NCBI GenBank assembly: GCA_010909165.1
Contig: VJWM01000044.1
Location: forward strand, 1,922,001-1,986,000
DNA: 64,000 bases
Direction of reading: 5' to 3'
Source: Anthoceros angustus
Lineage: Eukaryota; Plantae; Anthocerotophyta
The notes below the pieces were generated by a model, which saw only the letters and a list, made by a program, of their open reading frames with translations, did no database searches and was not told the DNA's origin. This document shows positions 12,545 to 31,880 of this stretch, piece by piece (position 1 is the stretch's first letter; the number at the start of each line of letters is the position of its first letter). The translations under genes and the position numbers were made by a program.

Positions 12545-12790
12545 AGGGTCCCACCCATCCCAAGCTTCACAGCTCTATGGAGCTACCTATTCTCAACATC
12601 ATGTCTTCGTCTCCACGCCGTGTGGGGCCGCCAGTTGTAAGTGTCCTCCGGGGTTACTCTAGATCAAGCGCCTAGCACTTGCGGGACTTTGATGTATACT
12701 TTGACATAGGTAACCTAGCGGCTCCAGAAAATACGGGGTAGGGGACTTCGATGTATACTTTGACATAGGTGACCTAGTGGCTCTGGAAAA
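12545..12790. repeat. Dispersed repeat (related copy at ~30638..30770) with an internal ~60-bp dimer
   Basis: cccacccatcccaagct...tcaacatcatgtcttcgtctcc...gcgggactttgatgtatactttgacata matches gccacccatccccagct...tcaacatcatgccttcagtctcc...gcgggacttcgatgtacagtatacttcgacata. Confidence 0.65.
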
Positions 12791-12904
12791 TATGGGGCAG
12801 CGGACCCCATGCACGGGTCCCCTCACCTACGAGCCCTGGAGACCGCAAATGGTCACTGCGTGCCTCGCTCACTGGGCGGTGGAGCGAGGCACCCAGTGAC
12901 CACC

Positions 12905-14461
12905 AGTCAGTTTCGATGGTTGCATTGGTTACGCTTTGATGATACGCAGTTGGTCGAGTTATAACTAAACTCTGAGATGTGTATTTATAGCCTCTTTACT
13001 CACAATAAAATATTCCATTCTTCCAAGTAAAGCTAGTTTCTTTATGGTATCAGAGCTCTGGCATTAATTCCTCACCCTTTGGGCACAGCTCAGCACCGTG
13101 GACGTGATCTTTATCAATCCCACGCCATGGAGTGAGCACCCGTTCGGCAATCGAGGAATCTCCGATCCTAAGCAAGACGACATGCCTAGGCGCCGTACTC
13201 CGGCCACTTATGCACTGCCAGGTAGGGTAGCGCCCCCAACACCAACCGTCTGCAAACACAACCGGGATGACATAGCTCGCACCGCATTCTTCCAGGTTGT
13301 TAGAAATCAAAGATTCAAGCAATCCTGGGAACACACCACTAGCTTGCCACCACACGCTCGCACATCGACCCTACCAGGAAGAAACAACAATCAGCCACAT
13401 ACATTACGTGAAATCTATCAATACGCCAAGCTAAATCGATTACCTTTCAATGACCCAACTCCCAGTCGTCCTCGTCGGCTGCTTGAAGTCATGCACTCCG
13501 ACATCTGCGGGCCCATGAGCATCATTCTTACTTCATTACCTTTCTAGACGAGTGGAATCAGTACTGCCATATATACTTCCTCCGTCACAAAGATGAAGCC
13601 TTGTCCTGCTTCTAGGAAATATTCCTTACTGCTGCAGAGCGCAAGGTAGGTTTCCAGGTAGCTGCCCTGCGTACAGACAACGGGGGAGAATACGTCAACC
13701 ATGCCTTTCAGTCCTTCAATGCCTCAAAAGGTATCCACAGGTAGCTAACAGTGCCCCACACACCAGCTCAAAACCCTTTCGCAGAATACCTTAATCACTC
13801 CTTGCTTGAGATTTCCCGCTCCCTGCTTAAGTTAGCTTGCCTCTCAAAGGGCTACTAGGCAAAGGCAGTCTCCACTTCCACCTACCTGAAGAACAAGCTT
13901 CCAACAAAGGAGCTGCCTAACACCACCCCTTTTGAAGTTGCAGTGCATTTATCTCAGCTTGAGGGGGAGCACACAAATCTCCTCCTGCAACTCTTGCAAG
14001 CGCATTTCCCTTTCCAGAGCTTGTTTCCATATTTGTGCTCGAGCACTCCAGTTCGCTCGAGACTGAAATCCTCATGCATAGTGCTAAGATCATGTGACTC
14101 TCGAGCTGGAGAAGCCACCACATGCTGGACAATAGGCTCAGGATCAACCGCACATAGGAGTGTTTCATAGACGACATGGTGGGCAAGACTAAGCGCACAG
14201 GATTAGTAGCAAGGGGGAGCATTGGAGTTAGCGTTGACAATCCTTGTTCTGGGATTAGGGCACGGTTTGTATAAAAGCTGTAACTAATATTATCTAGTCA
14301 GTTCCCATGGTTGCATCAATTACGCTTTGATGATAGGAAGTTGGTCAAGTTATGACTGAACTCAGAGATGTGTATTTATAGCCTCTCTACTCTCAATAAA
14401 ATATTCCATTCTTCCAAGTAAAGCTGATTTCTTTAGATAGTGTCGAAATCTAATTTCAACA
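12905..14461 (+). mobile_element. Degenerate, internally deleted Ty1/copia LTR retrotransposon
   Basis: LTR-like direct repeats ~12905-13044 and ~14297-14435. PBS TGGTATCAGAGC (tRNA-iMet) at 13045-13056, polypurine tract aagggggag at 14211-14219. Integrase remnants LEVMHSDICGPM, LRTDNGGEY, PHTPAQN with stops. Confidence 0.9.
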
Positions 14462-15074
14462 GGCATCTACGTGAGGCACATAACTCGCTAGGTATACTTG
14501 CACTGTACATGGGACGTCCACGCAAGCGGAAACTATAGACATCCATACCCCAATAGTGGTGGACTCACATCGCAAGGTATGGATATTTGAGGTACGAGAA
14601 GAACCTCTAAAGCAAGCAGCGAGCAAGTCATGTTATTGGGATGTCTGTCATCATGACGGCTCTAGCCCAACTGAAGCAAAAGACATCAAGCAAAAGGAAC
14701 AATGGATGGAAAAGTAGAGGAAGGCCTATGACATGAAATATGAAGAAGGATGCGAGGACGAATTGAAGGAGCATATTGAGAAGGCAATTGACCATAGGAG
14801 ACAAACACAGGGGTGGAGAATGGGAATGTAGTCATGTGCATGATTTTACGACAAAGAGTGTTCCAGTGAAGAGGGGGAGGAAAAAGAAGAGGTGGAGGAA
14901 GGCGGGAACGTGGAGGAGGACATGGACACATGGGAAGAAATGGAGGCCACCCAACCCAAGTCGTCCCCCTCAGCCAAGAAGACCCCTCCAATGGGAAAGG
15001 CAGGGCAAGCGAAGCCGGGTACCAGGCATGGTCAAGGCAGGAGAGCCTAGTGCTTGGTAGACAAAAAGCTATTG

Positions 15075-15320
15075 GCTTGTACATAATGAAACCACTCTAT
15101 GAGAAAAGGACCATGGCCATGATAGGATCTAGTTTATAAACTTAAGTTTCCGTTTCTTAACTAAGTAATAATATATGAAAAGCACTATGTGAAAAAGACA
15201 CCAAGGCCATTGATGAGACTACTTTATAAACTCACTTTTCAGATTATAAAGTAATTAATAATATATTAAAACCACTATGTGAAAAAAGACCATGGTCATA
15301 ACGAGATCTAATTTGTAAAT
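15075..15320. repeat. ~90-bp degenerate tandem repeat x3, further copy at ~16467..16555
   Basis: Recurring aatatat.aaaaccact.tgtgaaaa.gaccatggtcat motif at ~15085, 15175, 15265 and 16470. Confidence 0.7.
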
Positions 15321-15496
15321 TGACAGAAAGCGCTAGCTAACGCTATTATTTATAGGACGGCTACGTGCGCAGGATTAGCGGCTTCTTCAACACTAGTGGT
15401 AGGTAGGCCCTTCATCATCCCTAATCACGATATCATTGGTGCAGTAGGTAGTTACGGGAAAGGCATTCGAGAGGACTAGGACTTCCCCTTTTATCA

Positions 15497-15937
15497 TTAG
15501 CCCTTTTTAAACTTGTACGCAGGATTCAACTCCCATGTCTTTGAGTCAAACCAAGTGTACACGGATCCACGCGTCAACTTGGTATATGGATTGTCCATCC
15601 CGGGCTTTCCATGGGCAGTCTTAAGATAATGCAAAGCAGTAGCAAAATTCCTATGCTTCGTAACACTTGCTTTTATAGGAGGCCATAGATGGTCTTCAAA
15701 CCATAAAGTATAAGGACCTCTTCGTTTCTTATGCATATAGCTCCTGACATCCTCATCCTCTTGCTTGATCCTCTTCATTGGTAGAAGAAGAACTGCTTCA
15801 CATGTTGTCTTGCGAGGTCTTCCAATTGGTCGCTTCATAGGTGCTAGCCCTGATACTTTTTCAAATGAAGTCCTAGCCACACTTGTAGAAAGCAAGTCCA
15901 CATCTTGTGCAATTTCAGCATCCCTCTCCTCTCTCAA
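15497..15937 (-). mobile_element. AT-hook plus putative HTH ORF (146 aa), probably DNA-transposon-derived
   Basis: KRPIGRPRK AT-hook, then RGPYTLWFEDHLWPPI...LTRGSVYTWF. Flanked by ~90-bp repeats inside a TE nest. Family assignment is inference. Confidence 0.45.
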
Positions 15938-17667
15938 TTTTACGAAACATGGATGTTACCCGAGATTGTTTGTTTGTTGGTACGTTTGGGTGCTTGCAAG
16001 TAGCCACTTTCCCAAATAAGAAAGGCACAATGAAATCAGGTCTTGAAAGTGCTTGTTTGAAAAGCTAGGGCTTCTTAGAAACTAGGACTTGTTTGAAAAG
16101 CTAGAGGTTGTTTGGGAAACTTGGGTTTTTGTGAAAAATTAGGGCCTGTTTAGGGGAGGTCTATACATATCTATTAGTTCTATATAGATTTTTTTTTAAA
16201 TTTGGTATTTTGAAAATAAATCAAAACAACCCCGGGGGAGAAATCTTCAGCAAGGGTTCTGATTCCCCTATGTTACACATCGTATCATCCCAGAGGAAGA
16301 AGTTCTATATAGATACCTATGTATTCTAATAAATATTGAAATTTGATAAAATTATTTTTCATAAATATTGAAATTTTGAAAATATAAATATTTATCTTGA
16401 ACCTTATTTTTAAAAAAAAATAATTATTTCGACATTACCCTGTTGAACCACCCCTCAGGGTACGGCAATAATATATCGAAACCACTTTAGTGGAAAACAG
16501 ACCATGGTCATGACGGGTTTTTTTTGTAAACTGAATTTTCAGATTCTAAACTAACCAAAGAAACCCTAGCATGAAGCCGGATCGCAGCGAAGAAAAGTCC
16601 ACCGAGTCGGGGGAAAGGGAGGGACGAAAAAGAAAAAAGAATGAGCAAAAGCCGATGGAGCGAGGCACCGGGTGACCGCTTGTAGTCTCTAGGCCCAACC
16701 CACGGTCCCCTGGCAGTGTAGTGCTGTGAAAGTGGTTGACGGTCGATTCCCGGTTGGGTCGTTGGGTTGAACATTGCACGAAAAGGGGGCACCAGCATCA
16801 CAGACCGCGCGTGTAAACCAGTTGTGTGTCTGACCCTGACCCTCACGGGGTGGTTGCCTCCAGAATCAATGATCCGGCTTGCTGTCACTCCGCCATCCAA
16901 AGCCTTGTCCTGTATTCATGTATGTCGTGGGACAGCCACTAAACCACTAAACCCGCGCATGGCGCATGGCATGCATGATGGACAGTAGCTCGGGTTTGGT
17001 GGCGCCTGCAATGCGTTTTTGGTCATCACCGCAACGGTCCAGCCTGCACCAAGATCTGGCGGGTGGCGACCTCGGCCAGCCAGCATTGGGAAGGGTGTTG
17101 TCCGACGGCCGGGCCGCTTTCCCAGCCTGCAGATTGGGAACCGATGTGGCAGACGCTGATTCCAATGCTAGCGCCCACAGTTGTTCGTGCTGTTTCACGA
17201 AACGAGGGATCATGGCAGAGACCTGAAATGGTCATCAGGAGCGGAAATGCGCTGCGGGATCTTGGTCAGTGCGGCGGTTATGTTGGCACCTGCAGGGTTT
17301 TAGGCAAACTGCCCGTCATCGTCTTTGTGCTCAGAATAGCGGATTATCATAAGGTCAGACGATTTTGCTGATTCTAGCGTGGCAAGGCATTATCAAATTA
17401 TGCAGCATGTATCCATGTAGTGTGTGTTGCCACTAGCTAGCATTGGCAAGCACACTTTGTTGTTACCGAGGAAAGACGTGATGCTCTCGTCAACTGAGGC
17501 GCAGGTTCTCATGTAGCCACTTCAGGTTAGGCGTTTCATCGGAGTGCTGGGCGGATCCGGGATGGGGGAGCCGGCAGGGAAGGGAAGAAAACTTCAGTGG
17601 AATTGGGATGGAGAACTTCATCAAGTAATATACACCATTAGGCATGGTTGACAACCAGACAAAGGCA

Positions 17668-17673
17668 CATACA

Positions 17674-17702
<29 letters not shown>
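17668..17702 (+). repeat. (ACAT)n microsatellite
   Basis: Direct reading; expanded relative to the paralogous site near 3000. Confidence 0.95.
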
Positions 17703-17706
<4 letters not shown>

Positions 17707-18791
17707 GTACCATGATGTCAAGCCTGTCAGTCGGTTATTCAAGTGTCACGAGGGCGTTCAGTACCTGCCTGGAGCGCAATGCTTGTCAGAGCTAAATGTC
17801 CTGACTTGTGAAACGTGCTTCTGTCATTTCTCCTTGTTTCACACGTTTACACAGACTAAAAGTATGCCGATACCGGCCTGCTGCCCCTGGAAGTGAATCT
17901 TGTAAAGTGGAGTCGGACAAGCAAGCTTCACCAAAATCTCTATCCTGCTTACTACCCAATCAAGTTGTGTTTCCTCTTATCAACCAGAACACATTTTCCT
18001 GTGGGAAGTCCTGTCCTGATAGATTGTAGAAATAATGTTTCCAGAACAACGTACAAGTGGACAAGCGAGGATATCCGCCTGGTGCTATGGTGAGTTTCTA
18101 CCGACAACGCGGTCTGCTGTACTGCCGTAAGGGCTGTGAGAGGAGCAAAGCTTGTGCAATCAGATGAATGAAAGCGGCGATGTATTGGCCGGATCAGCAC
18201 ACAGTAGTGTGTTAGGACAAAAAATGCCGTGCCAAGATGTTGAATGTACTGGACACCAAGATCTCGGTAGGATGAGCATCTTTATCGTTTCAGAATACAT
18301 GTGTGCTCACCAATGATGCCTGTTGGAGCAATGCTGCTGCTGCTTCCACGGATGTCGTCGAGCAGGTTGCTGTTCATGACCTCGTGCATACAGTCGCTCA
18401 TTCATCCCTGTGAGATTGTAATTTATAGCTGTTACATGCGTTGTGTCGCGGAATTAGTTTACCTCATCGATCAATGTGAGAGCTGGCTTGTTTGGTTTCT
18501 GTTTGAAATGTGCAGCTAATTTTGTTGATCTTTCTCTAAGTACCCCATCTAGGTTCCTTTCGAATTGTGATAATTCAACAATTCAACCACATCCATACAG
18601 TAGGCGGGAGGTATGTATTGGGAGGAGAGTGCGAGAAGTATTGTATGGGTGACTGTGACTGATTGACAGCGCAACAATGTGTAAGGCTATACGGTAAGAC
18701 ATATCCCCCTTTTCTGTCACTTGGTCTCAGTGTGATCTCTACGGTCTACACAACCCTCGCCTGTTGTGGCACAGTTTCCCTGGCTTTCGAA

Positions 18792-19262
18792 ATGGTGGGC
18801 GAGAGCAAGATCTGGACTCTGACAGTCACCGATGAGGTGAAGGCACCCATCGACAAGGTGTGGGAGTTGACGTCTGATTTCCTGGGGCTTGAACGATGGG
18901 TGCCATATCTGCAATCGACTCTGGTTTCTGGCCAACGTGGAGAGGTAGGGGTTGTGCGGCGCGCAGGGCGAGGGGATGGTGGTGGCTACGCGCTCGAGCA
19001 GCTGGTGAGCTTGGACCATGAGAAGCATTACTACAAGTATAGGCTGCTGGAGACTGACCTGAAGCTCAGGAACTACGAGTCGGAGTTTCAGTTGACGCCT
19101 GGCAGTGAGCCAGGAACGACTGTTATCACCTGGTCATATGAGATGGTACCCTATTCCGAGACTACGGAGGAGACGGTTGCAGCTAAAGTGGGAACTTACT
19201 TTCGCTTTGGCATCGAAAACGTCAAGAAGATGCTAACTGGAGTTGAGGCTGAGGGCAAGTAA
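18792..19262 (+). CDS. SRPBCC / Polyketide_cyc2 protein, paralog Y, 156 aa, intronless
   Basis: ATG at 18792 (MVGESKIW). VKAPIDKVWELTSDF.GLERWVP, GEVGVVRR, LEQLVSLD.EKHYYKYRLLE, VITWSY. Confidence 0.85.
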   Translation: MVGESKIWTLTVTDEVKAPIDKVWELTSDFLGLERWVPYLQSTLVSGQRGEVGVVRRAGRGDGGGYALEQLVSLDHEKHYYKYRLLETDLKLRNYESEFQLTPGSEPGTTVITWSYEMVPYSETTEETVAAKVGTYFRFGIENVKKMLTGVEAEGK

Positions 19263-20853
19263 GATCTGAGGTGGGCCATTGGCTGCAGCTGGAGTGGAGC
19301 GTGTTCATCCTCCATTGGGTTTAGGGTTAGAAGCCATCATAGCATTCCTTGATGCCTGTGCGAGTACCTCCTTGTTGTTAGCCTGCTTTCATGAAGATCT
19401 GGATGTGCAATGTACATCCTGTGAGGCTGTGAACTTGATCTGACAGGTTCTGCAAGGCAGGTGCCATCAACATCCTTCTCATCACAGGCTATGCGTCATA
19501 CGATGTAGAGGAAATAATTTATTCGCCATTGTCTATGCCAGAATGCTTGGAGATACAGGTGTCCAGATGTACCTGCGGTGCAGCCACGCATATGTACTTC
19601 ACAGGCGTGGGCATGGGGGAGGGGCACAGACGTCGAACGTCGGTCAAGGAGGTGTGACCATGTGCGATAATGAGCAGCCCAAACATTGAGGTGAGTGCCA
19701 CCTTGCCGCTGCTCACTTCTAATTGAAGGTCTCAGTGACACTCTAAATGGGCATTTATCATCCCGCCTTGACCGCAGTCGTGGCCGTCACCATGCCCATT
19801 GTCCAGGGGCTGGATGCCCGGCTGACACGAGCCGGCGCGAGAGAGGCTCGTCGTTGTAGCTGAGGCTATCTGCGTGCAGACATTTTCTGTGTGTCCCACA
19901 AGACGACAGCGCTGTGACCTCGGATTTCTGTTTCTCCACAGATCCTCGCATCCAGGCAAACTTTGTCCTTATCCTTGGGCAGCGAGCCAACATGCACATC
20001 AATTTAGGGCAGGCTGGCACCTGCGCCCAGTCTCTCCATGAACGACGTTCACATATATCGACAAAAGTCACCTAGCTGACTGACTGTCACCTTGATCAAA
20101 GCCCTAGCCGCCTGGGCCTGAGCCTGGGCTGGTTGGATCCGCAGCCCAGACACATGGGGGATCGCGTTTGGCAGTCCGGCTGCGGCAACCGTTTGACGGG
20201 TTACGAGGAGCTGACTCCCGTCTACATCTGCACGGTGACCTCCGACCGACATGGATTCAGGGACTGCCACCAGATGGACCCTGCATGTACAAGTATGGTC
20301 ATGTACAATTGACCTTGACCACACACCGACGACTTTGCTCTCAACCAGACAAGTGCAACAGAACCCATACACTACACATGTATTATGTATGTGAGCAAGA
20401 GCGATCAGCCAGATGGATTGCTTAAAATCATCAAACAAAAATAATCCGCAAGGAGTGAAAACTGACAACGTTTCTCATGTTCTAGTCTGCAATGTCGGCG
20501 GGGTCACACTGATGCCTCCAGCCTGCTTCCAGATTTGCTGTCCTCCAAAGCAAGTGAAGCTTTTTCACGGGTGCTGCTGAAACGAAGGCCTGAGCACAAC
20601 AAGTAAGGCTTATCAACAATGGTTCACAACCAAGTCTTTCACAAAAAACCTGAAACATTAAGAGGGACTTACACAGGCATAAATACATAAGGTAACGTAA
20701 TTCCGGGGTCCAGCTGCTGCAGACGCGGTGTTCACGAATCCGACAGTCACCACCACCTGCGCAACACACAGTTGGCAGTGGCACTAGCATCACAATGCCA
20801 ATCTTCACAGTGAGGCAACTTGAAACGAAACGGGAAAGTGACTTACTCTACCA

Positions 20854-26277
<5,424 letters not shown>

Positions 26278-26808
26278 CTCTGATCCACGTCCACGTACAA
26301 TTGGGCTCAAGGAAAAGTTTGGTTTCCACAACACGTCCAACTTTGAGCTGCGGAGGACAAGTTGAGCAGATCACATCTGAGACTAACAATGTCCTATCGC
26401 TTTCCCAGCAACTCGAACCGCAGGCGAAAAGGATTAGACACTAGGCTTTTGACACTGGGCAAGACGCTCCCATTATGCTTCAAGCTTTCCTGCTATGATC
26501 GATTGTCAAGTAGGGTAGGTCACTCCCCTATACAGGCCGTGCTCTGTGTGGCTGATTCTTGAGGACTCAGAGGCCTACTAGATTGCTAACAGCTCTTGCA
26601 GGATTTGTAACAGCTTGGATTCAGGGGATTCGATTTGCGCAGCAGGGTATTTTCTATGCAAGTTATGGTCTTGGATCGAAACGTCATGTGTTGGACAGGA
26701 AGTGCGGAGACGAGCGGTGTAGCCCTGAGTGGCTTGTGGGCGCCAGATCCCGTTGACAATGAAACGGAACCTCGCGTGAAGATCTTGAGCTGAATCCTTA
26801 GGTCAGCG

Positions 26809-27844
<1,036 letters not shown>

Positions 27845-28168
27845 GCCACTTTGTCACGGAGGTGGATTCGCACACGACCCCACCAAGGCTCCCGCGGCAA
27901 GATCCATTGATCAACTCTAGCCTCATGTATCTGTGGTGTGAATTATCATTGCTTTCGTGACATGTTGGTATATTTACGGGACCCTGGCACCCGTGGGGCT
28001 CACCGGAATAGTTCCACATTACCCATGGGGTTTTTTGAGTACCTACCTAATAAACGCACGTCCATTCACGCCAGTTCTTTCCTTGCGCAGCGAGAGATCG
28101 ACTGATCAGCAAGTCTCTTGATATCCAGTGAACCCCGTCAGGAGCAGAAAGACTTATCTCCATTATAT

Positions 28169-28370
28169 GGGTTAAAACCCGGTTGCTGTAAATTATAATT
28201 CTCGGTGGGCTTGCCTGCTAGCTTCTGCAGCATGGAACAAGAAACAAGAATATTTGAAACAAAATAGGTACTTACCAACTCAAGCTGTAATTGTAGCCGA
28301 AAATAACAGGTTAGTGGAAGGAGCAGACCGGGGAAAACTCCAAACGATCAATCGTGAAGTAAAGTCTGTT
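28169..28370 (-). pseudogene. Deleted relic of the aldolase locus
   Basis: 28169-28225 matches aldolase CDS 33359-33415 at 49/57 nt. 28245-28360 matches the aldolase upstream region ~34295-34430. Confidence 0.75.
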
Positions 28371-28562
28371 CATTTCCCTAAAGCTAAATCTAGCTGACGA
28401 GGCGTCTGCAGCATTGACTGGATGGAGGATTTGGCATCTGGAAGAGACGAGGCGGTCCAACGACATTAACTGTCACTAGTCCCAGGACCGCGACAGCAGC
28501 AAAGATGCAGTGCAGCCGCAGACGTTGATGGCGGAGTAGCGAGGCAGGTGCAGCGGGCCGCC

Positions 28563-30083
28563 ATGGATCCCAGGAACCAGTACAGGCCCGGGGGGGGCCC
28601 GGGCCCGGGGGCGGGAGGGCGCAAGCAGGAATCGTATGTGCAACTGGACCTGGATCACGACGTGCAGGGCCAGCGGTCCCGGGACATGGACGGGTACGGA
28701 GCTGAGAGCTCCAGGGGGGGGCCCTCGCCTCCGCACTACGAGCAGATGCAGCAGCAGCAGGGAGGCCAGCAGTCTCCGGCTGCGCTGCAGAACATCCTTG
28801 AGGGCACCGTCAGGATGGTGTCCATGCTCAACTTCATGAAGGTACAGGTCGAGTGGAGGCGGCGGCAGGAGAGGGAGGAAGCTTGGAAGGAGGAGCAGGG
28901 ATTTCCTGACAAGCTTGGCTATGGCAGGTGGAGTTAGGGGAGACGCAGGACCTCAAGAACAAGGAGCAGATGAGGGCAGCAGGCGCCGAGTGCCTGGGGA
29001 CCTTGCTGTTCGTCTACCTCGGCTGCGGCTCGGTTGTCGCCTCAGGCAGGTGACATAGATCTGGGAACGGCATGGCAGCAATGGCAATGGCCACATGGCT
29101 AGGGCGTGGCGCCAGGGTTTCATTCTTGCTTGCATTGTGGATGCGTTTGTCTGCGCAGGGATGCTGGCGGCGGGGATGACCCCGGCCAGGCTGCTGGTGA
29201 TTGCGCTTGCGCACGGCTTGGCCATCGCGTTTCTGGCGGGGGCGACGGGGGCCATCTCCGGGGGCCATCTCAACCCGGCCGTGACTGTAGCATTTGTGGT
29301 GGCCGGGAAGGAAACCCTGGTGAGGGCCGGGATGTACATAGGAGCGCAGCTGTTCGGAGCGATTTTAGGCGCGTTCCTGCTCAAATGCTCCACGCCTGAC
29401 TACTGGGAAGGGTCGCTGGGATCGCACGACCTGGCCAACGGGATCTACGGGTCGCAAGGGTTTCTCATGGAGGTCCTGCTCACCTTCGTGCTCGTGTTTG
29501 TCATCTTCGGGGTGGCTGTGGATCGGCGGGGACCAGGTTAGGTTATTCTCCCTCAGGCTGGTTTCATTGAGCAAGCAAGGTCCCGTCTGCTGCAATTGAT
29601 GCAAGCTTTGGATCACCAGGCCATGGATGCTTGTGTGCCTGATCTAGGCAGTCTCAACTTGAAGCTGGCTTGCAGGTGTGATTGCACCTATTCCTATCGG
29701 CTTTGCTGTTGTGGTGGACCATTTGGTTGGAGTGCCCTACACCGGGGCCTCCATGAACCCTGCCAGGAGTTTTGGTCCGGCTTTCGTGTCTGGCCAGTAT
29801 GGCACCGCCCACTGGATCTACTGGTTTGGGCCCTGTCTGGGTGCTGCATTTGCCTCTGCAACTTACAGGTGAAGGGTTCTGCTTTTCCTGCTTTGCTGCA
29901 CGTGCGCACAGCTTTCGCATCTGCGCTTTGAGTTCGTACGTAGTTCCTGACCAGGGACTGCTCACCTGCATGTCTTCCTTCAGATACGCCTTTCTGGAAC
30001 CCGCTCTGGCTGAGGCTGAGGCTAGGGAGGCTGCTCTGGCGGCATCGAATTCTTCCCGACCTTCTCGGTCCTCGAGGTCTTGA
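28563..30083 (+). CDS. HIP1: Aquaporin, HIP (hybrid intrinsic protein) subfamily, 5 exons
   Basis: Exons 28563-28841, 28928-29045, 29159-29536, 29676-29868, 29984-30083. Two NPA motifs ([17 protein letters not shown]). ar/R filter H (ALAHG), H (VDHLVG), A, R: His at both H2 and H5 is the defining HIP signature. Confidence 0.88.
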
Positions 30084-30885
30084 CACTCGTGGCAGGAGAG
30101 ATACTATCTAACCTCCTATCAGCAAATAATCCAGCACCTCGTCAGCTCCTCTCCTCACCCAAGGTTAAAAATTTTAAGAGACCTTGGGGACCCAAGAAGA
30201 ATCAACACCCGGATAACACAGGAGCTGCAAACGTTCTGACCTATTCGGTTCTCATCATCTCCAGCCTGTCTCGGCATCCCTCCTCTTCCGAAACTGCTTA
30301 TGCCTTGATGCCTTCACCTTTAATGCACGTTCAGGTTAGATTGGGGTCATAGAAAAGTTTGGTTCCCACACAACGTTGAACCAAATTTAAGCTGCGTAGA
30401 GGATAGTTGCTGTTTCCCAGCCGCTTGGACTCCGCGGGTTAACAGAATGAGCTACTGCGATCAATTTGAGCAGCAAGGTTGAAGATGTCCCTACGAATTT
30501 TGTATGCAAGCATTATCTCGTTAGCTCGATGAAATGTCTCGTCCTGGTCCTCCCTTCAAGAACTGACATCCAAGCATTAGTCCATTGGAAGTTCCCAGTT
30601 CAGCATCCTAAGGACGGATCACGGATCAGTGCTCGGATGGGGTGCCACCCATCCCCAGCTTAATTGGCCCTGGTGGGCTACTTTTATCAACATCATGCCT
30701 TCAGTCTCCGCAGCGTGCGGGTCCGGTGCGGGACTTCGATGTACAGTATACTTCGACATATCTATAAAGGTCTCTGAATTCGCTAAACAAAATGTCTCGT
30801 CTTGGACAGAAATTGAGAAGACATGGCGTAGCCCCGGGTGGCTCGTGGGTGCCGGAAGATACTGAGCGGGATCCTCAGGTCGGCG

Positions 30886-31880
<995 letters not shown>

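Noticed and set aside
8160-12660. Terminal inverted repeats of the Harbinger element
   Set aside because: No convincing inverted pair or target-site duplication could be identified by eye, so element ends are not reported.
27975-28010. Possible degenerate tRNA-Glu relic (accctggcacccgtggggctcaccggaata)
   Set aside because: Only patchy similarity, no cloverleaf, and out of colinear order with the duplicated segment.
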